Shown here one piece after another: positions 54,131-64,000 of a stretch of DNA of 64,000 nt. Source of the stretch: Laetmonice hystrix (lineage: Eukaryota); NCBI GenBank assembly GCA_965235115.1, contig OZ249436.1, positions 2,854,001 to 2,918,000 of the forward strand, written 5' to 3'. The position numbers and the translations under genes were made by a program. The notes below the pieces were generated by a model. The model saw only the letters and a program-made list of their open reading frames with translations, searched no databases and was not told where the DNA came from. Position 1 is the first letter of the stretch. The number at the start of each line of letters is the position of its first letter.

Positions 54131-54830
54131 CATAGCTTCGAGAACTTTATTTTCTTACATTATATTAGCCAAGAGCAGTTTTCATTCAATGCCTTAGTGT
54201 CTGGTGACATAGCTTCGAGAACTTTATTTTATTACATTATATTAGCCAAGAGCAGTTTGGATTCAATGCCTTAGTGTCTGGTGGCATAGCTTCGAGAACT
54301 TTATTTTTTATTACATTATATTAGCCAAGAGCAGTTTGGATTCAATGCCTTAGTGTCTGGTGGCATAGCTTCGAGAACTTTATTTTTTATTACATTATAT
54401 TAGCCAAGAGCAGTTTGGATTCAATGCCTTAGTGTCTGGTTGACATAGCTTCGAGAACTTTATTTTCTTACATTACATTAGCCAAGAGCAGTTTTCATTC
54501 AATGCCTTAGTGTCTGGTGGCATAGCTTCGAGAACTTTATTTTCTTACATTATATTAGCCAAGAGCAGTTTGGATTCAATGCCTTAGTGTCTGGTGGCAT
54601 AGCTTCGAGAACTTTATTTTCTTACATTATATTAGCCAGGAGCAGTTTGGATTCAACGCCTTAGTGTCTGGTGGCATAGCTTCGAGAACTTTATTTTCTT
54701 ACATTATATTAGCCAAGAGCAGTTTGGATTCAATGCCTTAGTGTCTGGTGGCATAGCTTCGAGAACTTTATTTTCTTACATTATATTAGCCAAGAGCAGT
54801 TTGGATTCAATGCCTTAGTGTCTGGTGGCA
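54131..54830. repeat. 77-bp minisatellite, 9 copies
   Basis: CATAGCTTCGAGAACTTTATTTTCTTACATTATATTAGCCAAGAGCAGTTTGGATTCAATGCCTTAGTGTCTGGTGG. Confidence 0.95.
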
Positions 54831-55163
54831 ATAAAACGGTGCTGACACTAGGTTTCAAATCAATATGATTTATAAATTAAACTTTTGAAAATAAAACTGT
54901 CCCTGACAATAAAAAAAATTGCGAGAGCCAGAAATTGGCCGGATTAAATCGCATTCCAATCAGTTCTTTATATAATAATACTACTTTTCTAGATTAAGTA
55001 ATACATTACTAGAGTCTTAGTATGACGTACGTGTTAACAACATCACGCTCACACAGACCGGCAGGCCTCTCCATACACAACCCCTTCACGTGCCATCACT
55101 CCGACAATCTCTCGGGAAACCAACAGGTGTTATGTTCGAATCGCTCGCACTGCACAGCACATG

Positions 55164-56517
55164 TTCTGAGTCCAGGATGGCCTTGGTGCAGGAGACGATG
55201 GCTTGTCAGGATTCTGAGTCCAGGATGGCCTTGGTGCACGAGACGATGGCTTGTCAGGATTCTGAGTCCAGGATGGCCTTGGTGCAGGAGACGATGGCTT
55301 GTCAGGATTCTGAGTCCAGGATGGCCTTGGTGCACGAGACGATGGCTTGTCAGGATTCCGAGTCCAGGATGGCCTTGGTGCACGAGACGATGGCTTGTCA
55401 GGATTCCGAGTCCAGGATGGCCTTGGTGCAGGAGACGATGGCTTGTCAGGATTCTGAGTCCAGGATGGCCTTGGTGCAGGAGACGATGGCTTGTCAGGAT
55501 TCTGAGTCCAGGATGGCCTTGGTGCAGGAGACGATGGCTTGTCAGGTTTCTGAGTCCAGGATGGCCTTGGTGCAGGAGACAATGGCTTGTCAGGATTCTG
55601 AGTCCAGGATGGCCTTGGTGCAGGAGACGATGGCTTGTCAGGATTCTGAGTCCAGGATGGCCTTGGTGCAGGAGACGATGGCTTGTCAGGATTCTGAGTC
55701 CAGGATGGCCTTGGTGCACGAGACGATGGCTTGTCAGGATTCTGAGTCCAGGATGGCCTTGGTGCAGGAGACGATGGCTTGTCAGGATTCTGAGTCCAGG
55801 ATGGCCTTGGTACAGGAGACGATGGCTTGTCAGGATTCTGAGTCCAGGATGGCCTTGGTGCAGGAGACGATGGCTTGTCAGGATTCTGAGTCCAGATGGC
55901 CTTGGTACAGGAGACGATGTCTTGTCAGGATTCTGAGTCCAGGATGGCCTTGGTGCAGGAGACGATGGCTTGTCAGGATTCTGAGTCCAGGATGGCCTTG
56001 GTACAGGAGACGATGGCTTGTCAGGATTCTGAGTCCAGGATGGCCTTGGTGCAGGAGACGATCTCTTGTCAGGATTCTGAGTCCAGGATGGCCTTGGTGC
56101 AGGAGACGATGGCTTGTCAGGATTCTGAGTCCAGGATGGCCTTGGTACAGGAGACGATGGCTTGTCAGGATTCTGAGTCCAGGATGGCCTTGGTGCAGGA
56201 GACGATGGCTTGTCAGGATTCTGAGTCCAGATGGCCTTGGTACAGGAGACGATGTCTTGTCAGGATTCTGAGTCCAGGATGGCCTTGGTGCAGGAGACGA
56301 TGGCTTGTCAGGATTCTGAGTCCAGGATGGCCTTGGTACAGGAGACGATGGCTTGTCAGGATTCTGAGTCCAGGATGGCCTTGGTGCAGGAGACGATCTC
56401 TTGTCAGGATTCTGAGTCCAGGATGGCCTTGGTGCAGGAGATGATGGCTGGTCAGGATTCCGAGTCCAGGATGGCCTTGGTGCACGAGACGATAGCTTGT
56501 CAGGATTTTCATCCAGG
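55164..56517. repeat. 48-bp minisatellite, ~28 copies
   Basis: TTCTGAGTCCAGGATGGCCTTGGTGCAGGAGACGATGGCTTGTCAGGA. Confidence 0.97.
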
Positions 56518-57639
56518 GTAAAATCTCAAAGACCGGCATACTAAGTTGTATGAACTTCCTTCCATGGCTAAGCACTAATCAGGTTTCGTGGGAGCGTTGA
56601 TACACAACAATTAGACGGATGGGTTTCATTTCTGAGATTTATTTCTGATTTATGGTAGAAACCACTTCCCAAATAATTGGCAGGACTACATCACTGCCTT
56701 GGCTTTTCCTTTCTCGTGTTCTTGTAATACATGCTTCCTCGGCAAATTTTTATCACAGAATAAAAACCCTGAATCTATCTTTTCGAAAACATGTTTTAGT
56801 ATTATTTTAATTACAGTATTTTATTGATGCTGCAAACAGCTCGTCACATGTGTCTTGCTGTCCATCACATTCACACCCATTCCTATAGTCCATGAGCCAG
56901 ATAGGCCAAAAATGGCCAATCGGTACCAGTTTGGGGGGCAAATTCTAATATGCATTTTTGTTAAGTATGATATCCCTAGTTAATATTTCTGCATGATAGA
57001 CATTTGTAAGTAGTAGCTTAATGTGTTATATCAAAGGGTTTTCATGGGTGGGCCAGTGCAACTCGCTATACTCCAAAATTGGGGATATATCGCCAATCAG
57101 CTTGGTTTGCCCAATATATTTAGGCATCAGGGCTTTTATTTTCCTTTTAAACCGTTATAGGCTAACTTGAAATGTGATAAAGTATAGTATAACAATTTAT
57201 AGTATTTATATACATTTATGGCTTGGTAAATAATCATTTGTATACAAGTAAACTGTTATATGATACAAGCAGGGTAGAACTTTCTTGAACAGAACCTGAT
57301 AAGTAGGCCCTACATAACAGTGCACGGTCTTCTTCTTTTTTTATAAGGTAGTAGGCCCTATAGTCTGTTCGCTCTAAGAAGACCTCGACCTCGGCCTCAT
57401 TAAAGCTCTGACCTGCCCCCCTCCTCCCGTCTATCCACAACTGGCGTATCACAAGTCATCACTGCCTGTCATTCAAGAATATGACCAAATTCCACGTGGT
57501 TCTGTACTACCCCAAATGCAGTAATAGCTTTAATGAGGCCGAAGTCGTTGGAATTCGTTGGAATATTTAAATAGGATAACCTTCCACTCGAAGGGTATAC
57601 ATTGACGTATTTGTCATATGTCTAGAAAGTTACATCGGA

Positions 57640-59270
57640 CTCCCTTGGTATGGAGATCAGTATGCGACATGAAGTCAGAATCAAGTGTTAGTAAGTCAGA
57701 AATGTAAAGTACACCCATATTAATCCATTGTTTCCAACAAAAGGGCTTTTTGCCAATTAATAGAGAATTGTTATTCCAAATATATTGTTTGAGAATAATG
57801 TTCCCGATTGGTGGGGGTTAACATTCTTTATATCATTCCAGAAGGTTAATAACTCCCTATAAAAGGGAGGCAGAGCTTTCAAGTCACAATATCTGTATAT
57901 TGAAAAAATGGAACGGTTTTGTGTTCAGGTAGGTTTAAGAGAGACCTGGCTTACCTGTTAAAATCCACCATTTTCAAACCACCATTATCTATCGTTTGAG
58001 TGATGACACTTTTGGCAACTTTTGAACTACCACCACTCCCTAAAAAGTCATATAACAGTTTTTCTACTTCAACGATAACATTTGTGGGCACGCGAATTAT
58101 TTGAGCCATATAGATAATAGGAGAGATGGCAAGCGAATTAATTATAGTGATGTTTCCTTTTATTGAAAGATTTCTCTGACGCCAAACGTTAAGTAAGTTA
58201 CGGAGATTAGTGATCTTAGTTTTGAAGTTTATCTTGTATGATTCAAACTCACTGCGTACAAAAGTAACACCAATGGACTGTATATTTCCGTTGGTCCATA
58301 TAATACCAAAAAGATTTGAGTTTATATTTGGTGGAGAACTTATCCATTTTGCCACTGTTTTGTTTAAATTAATTTTTAAGCCTGCGCATTAGTAAAATAG
58401 GTCTAAGATTTTAAGAGCATTCTTTAGGGACTCACAATTAAGGAGAATTAGTGTAGTATCATCAGCAACTTGAGTAATTTTAATGTCGTCATCATTTATA
58501 AAGACACCTTTTACATCTTTATCTTTTCTTATGTGAGAAGCTAAGAGATCAGCAACTAGCAAGAATAAATAAGCTGAAATAGGACAGCCTTGACGTATCC
58601 CTCTCTGTGGATGAAAGGGGGCACCTAAACGTCCGTTATTATTGGATATTGATGTACATATATAATAATGTCGTTGGATAAAATTTTAATCTAGTTATGG
58701 AAAATAGGGCGAAAATTAAAGGCCTGAAGGGTTTTATTAATGAAGGTCCAGGAGACAGTATGGAAAGCCTTTACAAAATCGACCGTAGTTATAATGCAGG
58801 ATAATCCGCGTGCTTGTGCAATGGACAGTATATCGTCTATATGACACGGATATTTTCACCAATGAAACGACCTTTGATATAGGCGGTCTGATCCGCGTTA
58901 ATAATACACATGTATGTGGTAAAACGGCACAGAGGCGAGCAGTGAGTGTTTTAGCAAGCAATTTATAGTCAGTATTAAGGAGAGAGATAGGTCTCCAGTT
59001 AGTTATGAATAGTTTATTTTTGCGCGTTTGGGGGATTAGGGTTATGATTCCACGCTTCTGCTCAATAGAAAGATATCCAGCAGAGTAGGCATAATTTACT
59101 AGTGAAGAAAAGACAAGGTAATTGGTGTCTGTCCAGAAGAATTTGTAAAATTCAGCAGGGAGACCATCAGAGCCAGGTGTTTTATTGTTTTTCACCAGTT
59201 TCAAGTTCTCGAGGAGTTCTTTATGTAACAAGATGTCTTTACATAACGTTTCTTTGTATTAATGCCAGCG
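57640..59270 (-). mobile_element. Decayed non-LTR retrotransposon, L1/Tx1-like ORF2 reverse-transcriptase fragment
   Basis: NNKTPGSDGLPAEFYKFFW, NWRPISLLNTDYKLL, RGIRQGCPISAYLFLL, ITQVADDTTL (YADD-type motif), WRQRNLSIKG, GGLKMVDF, IWNN...KQWINMGV, spread over several frames with stops. Confidence 0.9.
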
Positions 59271-59403
59271 TCTTCGTAGGAAAGGACTAACCAGACGGAA
59301 AATTCAAATTGAATTCATGTCCTATCATCCAAAATGATACAAAAGTAAATCTCAGAGATGCAAATACAAATTTTATCTGAATCTTACACCAAATAATATT
59401 GGA

Positions 59404-59644
59404 CAGGGGCGGATTTAGGGGGGGGGGGCGAGGGGTACCAATCAGAAAAAAAGGCAAAATTTTGTTGTTTGCAACTGTAAAAGCAAACATTTTGCTTTCT
59501 CAGAATGCAGAAAATACCATTTCAGAGACTCTATAAATGTTCAAAATTGTCCGGGGCATGCCCCCGGACCCCCCTAGCATGCAGGGCTCAGCCCACTTTT
59601 CCAACCGCCCCCCCCCCTTTTCCAAATTCCTGGATCCGCCCCTG
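59404..59644. mobile_element. MITE with CAGGGGCGGAT TIRs and 5-bp flanking duplication TTGGA
   Basis: TTGGA|CAGGGGCGGATTTAGG ... CCTGGATCCGCCCCTG|TTGGA; a related end (GATCCGCCCCTG) occurs at 13431-13442. Confidence 0.75.
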
Positions 59645-60378
59645 TTGGATAGGGAGTAATTAAGTAATTCTATGCTTCATAGGAAGTAAAAGTAACCCGT
59701 TATGGCCATTCTTGATACATGGTTACGAGTGTTATAAGCTAAATCCTTTGTATGAATGGGTGCATATCTTGGTAAAATGTAACACTGTAAAACAGTCATT
59801 AAGCTACTACTTTGGAATGTCTATCATACCAAATTTATTTACCTTTGGGTAGTCCTCCAAGATGGTACTAGTGAGAATTTGCCCCCCAAACTGGTACCGA
59901 TCGACCTATCTGGCTCATGGACTACTACCCAACCACCTGCACGACAATATTCAGTATTTTACATTTTGTCATTACATACCATACTTACGACCTCATCCTG
60001 TACACAAAGCCATGTGTAAGTTTTTACACGTGTTCTTTCTTACCGTTTACCCTTCTCCCATAAAACACTTCCAATCTTTAACTGCATTCTATGCCACGAA
60101 CACCGCCGATCTACGTCATAGGGATCGTATTTCTTAGTATTTCATATCAACATTCTGCCTTTCTGCATGATTCACGGATAAACATTATATAAATATAGCA
60201 TGGCAGTCAGTCCGATAAATCGTTCCCGGGCAGTCGATAATTAACGATCCCTATCTGGTGAATGAGTATCGTTACCAGGGCGACGATAAGGGGCAGCCAA
60301 TCACAGGCCCCGTTACATGTCACCCTGCCCGTGCCACCAATCAGGTGGCACCTACTAGACGTTGATACAGAGACCGCT

Positions 60379-60522
60379 TCACTCAAACACGATCTTGTAA
60401 ACATCTGTGTAGTGGTCGACGAAGTGGACCTCTAATCCCTCGGTTATGAAGTCCGGTAGATCTGAGTAGTCTTTCTTGTTCTCAGCCGGCAAGATGATAC
60501 AGTTCACACCCACACGCTTCGC
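60379..60522 (-). CDS. LONP1: Mitochondrial Lon protease, last coding exon ([47 protein letters not shown]); rest of gene lies beyond the window end
   Basis: Recognisable LONP1 C-terminus ([18 protein letters not shown]...[11 protein letters not shown]); ttgcag| acceptor, phase 0; minus-strand AATAAA at 59834-59839. Confidence 0.92.
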   Translation of the reverse strand, partial: AKRVGVNCIILPAENKKDYSDLPDFITEGLEVHFVDHYTDVYKIVFE

Positions 60523-61920
60523 CTGCAACAGGTATTGGTACAATAGGTAAGACAGTTCACACCCACGCTTCGCCTGCAACAGGTATTGGTACACGAGGTA
60601 AGGCAGTTTACACCCACACTCTCCGCCTGCAACAGGTATTGGTACACTAGGTAAGGCAGTTCACACCCACACGCTTGGCCTGCAACAGGTATTGGTACAC
60701 TAGGTAAGGCAGTTCACACCCACACTCTCCGCCTGCAACAGGTATTGGTACACTAGGTAAGGCAGTTCACACCCACACTCTCCGCCTGCAACAGGTATTG
60801 GTACAATAGGTAAGACAGTTCACACCCACACGCTTCGCCTGCAACAGGTATTGGTACACTAGGTAAGGCAGTTCACAACCACACGCTTCGCCTGCAACAG
60901 GTATTGGTACACTAGGTAAGACAGTTCACACCCACACTCTCCGCCTGCAACAGGTATTGGTACACTAGGTAAGGCAGTTCACACCCACACTCTCCGCCTG
61001 CAACAGGTATTGGTACACTAGGTAAGGCAGTTCACACCCACACTCTCCGCCTGCAACAGGTATTGGTACACTAGGTAAGGCAGTTCACACCCACACTCTC
61101 CGCCTGCAACAGGTATTGGTACACTAGGTAAGGCAGTTCACACCCACACTCTCCGCCTGCAACAGGTATTGGTACACTAGGTAAGGCAGTTTACACCCAC
61201 ACTCTCCGCCTGCAACAGGTATTGGTACACTAGGTAAGGCAGTTTACACCCACACTCTCCGCCTGCAACAGGTATTGGTACACTAGGTAAGGCAGTTCAC
61301 ACCCACACTCTCCGCCTGCAACAGGTATTGGTACAATAGGTAAGACAGTTCACACCCACACGCTTCGCCTGCAACAGGTATTGGTACACTAGGTAAGGCA
61401 GTTCACACCCACACGCTTCGCCTGTAACAAGTATTGATACACTAGGTAAGGCAGTTCACACCCACACGCTTCGCCTGCAACAGGTATTGGTACACTAGGT
61501 AAGGCAGTTCACACCCACACGCCCCGCCTGCAACAAGTATTGGTACAATAGGTAAGGCAGTTCACACCCGCACTCTCCGCCTGCAACAGGTATTGGTACA
61601 CTAGGTAACCGTAAGGCAGCTCGCCTACAACAGGTATTGGTACACTAGGTAACCGTAAGGCAGCTCGCCTACAACAGGTATTGGTACACTAGGTAAGGCA
61701 GTTCACACCCACACTCTCCGCCTGCAACAGGTATTGGTACACTAGGTAAGACAGTTCACACCCACACTCTCCGCCTGCAACAGGTATTGGTACACTAGGT
61801 AAGACAGTTCACACCCACACGCTTCGCCTGCAACAGGTATTGGTACACTAGGTAAGGCAGTTCACACCCACACGCTTCGCCTGCAACAGGTATTGGTACA
61901 CTAGGTAAGGCAGTTCACAC
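60500..61920 (-). repeat. 53-bp minisatellite (~27 copies) spanning the 3' splice site of the last LONP1 exon
   Basis: Minus strand CCTTACCTAGTGTACCAATACCTGTTGCAG|GCGAAGCGTGTGGGTGTGAACTG. Confidence 0.97.
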
Positions 61921-62586
61921 AGGTAAATGTATAACCAACAGGTAATAGGCCTACCACAAGAGCAGGATTTCCTACAAGTGTTTGCCTTCGGGGGAAGCCA
62001 GGAAATTGGCAGGGGGGGGGGGGGGGTCGAGGGCATTTGGGGGAGCACATTTTGGTGCTTGCAGACATCATTTTTGGGGATATAGCCAATACTTTTTAGG
62101 GGAGACCCCCAAATAAGGCCCTTAGGAACCCCTGAACAGGTAGAAGTACAAGAGGAAGTAGTGTATGTCTCTCACTTCATATAATTCACCAGTCTGAGGT
62201 CAACGATCTCCAAGTAAACAACAAAAAAGGCTAGAGCTCCTTCCTTTCTATTGGGAATCCGGAACTTGCCACACCACAACCTAAAACCAGTTACCTACCG
62301 CAATAATGTCAAAGAGATAAACAACCCTGCATTTGTGAGAATCTAGTTTCCATGATGCGAGTATACATCAAACGCTGTATCATATGATATAATCTCAGAG
62401 ACGGTCGTGGGAAGGAACCGGACTCCCCTTTCCCATCATTCCAATCAGGGCCGCGCCTTGTTTGACCTGACTAACCTCGCATGTCGGGAGGACATTCGTC
62501 TCCCGGTAAAACTATGTCCGGTGATTTGTGTCAAGTCCGGTGAGACTGGTTTCCACAATATAGGAGTGCATGAAGTGGTGATACCT

Positions 62587-63115
62587 TTACGGGTATATCC
62601 TGTAAGACTGCTGGTTTACGGGTATAACGGGCATATCCTGTAAGACTGCTGGTTTACGGGTATAACGGGCATATCATGTAAGACTGCTGGTTTACGGGTA
62701 TATATCCTGTAAGACTGCTGGTTTAAGGGTATATATCCTATAAGACTGCTGGTTTACGGGTATAACGGGTATATCCTGTAAGACTGCTGATTTACGGGTA
62801 TATATCCTGTAAGACTGCTGGTTTACGGGTGTATATCCTGTAAGACTGCTGGTTTACGGGTGTATATCCTGTAAGACTGCTGGTTTACGGGTATAACGGG
62901 CATATCATGTAAGACTGCTGGTTTACGGGTGTATATCCTGTAAGACTGCTGGTTTACGGGTATAACGGGTATATCCTGTAAGACTGCTGGTTTACGGGTG
63001 TATATCCTGTAAGACTGCTGGTTTACGGGTATATATCCTGTAAGACTGCTGGTTTACGGGCATATATCCTGTAAGACTACTCGTTTACGGGTGTATATCC
63101 TGTAAGACTGCTGGT
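62587..63115. repeat. 31/38-bp minisatellite in the LONP1 intron
   Basis: ATATCCTGTAAGACTGCTGGTTTACGGGT(AT/GT/ATAACGGGC). Confidence 0.95.
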
Positions 63116-64000
63116 GTGTTCCCAATGTTCTTTTCTGAAACTTCAGAGGCCACTAAAGACCCGTTGGGACGGCCAAAGTCAAGACCACATGAGAAAGCGG
63201 CGGGAGACCATGCTGATTTAGAGAGTAGGAGACATCAGACTACATGTATTTCGTTTCTTCACAAAAGTCACCATCTATCACACAGTGCCTTATCGCGGGG
63301 AGGGTCCATTTTTAGCTATTTATAGAGAATAAAGAGAACGACCAGAGAATATGTGTGACCTATGACCCCCTTATGGGCAGTCCATTACCCTCTACTATAT
63401 CCCATTGGCTTTCAAAGTCGTCCGCAGAGTGGCCAACCTACGGACCTTCATAAACTGGGACTTAACTTGTAGGGAAACCTTTTAAATCTGGGGGCCCTGA
63501 AACACCATTATCAGCACTCGCAGACAAATATTTCTGTCAAAAAGCCTTGGTAAACTGGTCGTCATTTTCGGCTTGTTTTCCATAATAAAACGTTATTGCA
63601 ATACAATTCTCGTAATTCGTTTCCTTGTATGAGAACTTAAAGAAAATATATTTCTGGGCTCGTTGCTCGTGTGAGAAGATCATCAAAATCGGGAGTGTTG
63701 CTAACCCGACCGACGTTGTCTCGTGATTCGGAATTTTCAAGTACTATCGGGACAATCCGACGAAATCAGGATGGTTGGACACACGCGTCTGTCAACCGCC
63801 TTCTCTATAAATCTATGTTTAGATCGATACATTTATCACAAAAATTTATAAATTGTCTAAGTTTATAGATATATTAACCTACCGATGAAGTTGGTTTTTA
63901 AAAATGTTTTGGTTTTTTTTTTCCGGGGGGGGGGGGATGATGTTTTCCCCACACATCCAGCGTCTATGCCCAGACAACCCCGCACAGCGACAGGGAGAAG

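Noticed and set aside
55022..56575. Long repetitive ORFs (SESRMALVQETMACQD)n and (PGWPWCRRRWLVRILS)n
   Set aside because: 48-bp minisatellite with 1-bp deletions that swap frames; no splice or promoter support
61921..64000. Penultimate LONP1 exon (expected ...LPVGGIKEK.IA)
   Set aside because: No such translation found on the minus strand; ATTATTGCG|gtaggt near 62300 lacks the upstream motif, so the exon is presumably outside the window

Overview
Eukaryotic genomic DNA from an invertebrate animal (lophotrochozoan-like; inferred from the synaptotagmin sequence and repeat content). There are three spliced genes. (1) A 9-coding-exon + strand gene (12131-28489, 492 aa predicted) encodes an unnamed type I membrane protein: signal peptide, ~170-aa domain I cannot name, 20 Gly-X-Y collagen triplets, two calcium-binding EGF domains plus a truncated third, TM helix and cytoplasmic tail. 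(2) Synaptotagmin-4 (+ strand, 4 coding exons, 33886-48512, 436 aa) has a CCAAT/CRE promoter and the family-diagnostic C2A Asp->Ser. (3) The last coding exon of mitochondrial Lon protease lies on the - strand (60379-60522). Roughly a third of the window (my hand sum, ~20 kb) is about 37 mutually unrelated tandem arrays. There are also many MITEs, a decayed Tc1/mariner element, a tRNA-type SINE and a decayed L1/Tx1 LINE. Most notable: in all three genes a minisatellite has amplified a 3' splice site together with the first exon bases, stacking 3 to ~26 decoy acceptors ahead of the real one. Also notable, TAGGCCTA occurs at least 20 times (about 1 expected), and two copies are demonstrable TA->TA-GGCC-TA insertions into repeat units, i.e. 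likely transposon excision footprints. A cluster of CTCF-like motifs lies between genes 1 and 2. Most ORFs in the supplied track are artefacts of tandem repeats.
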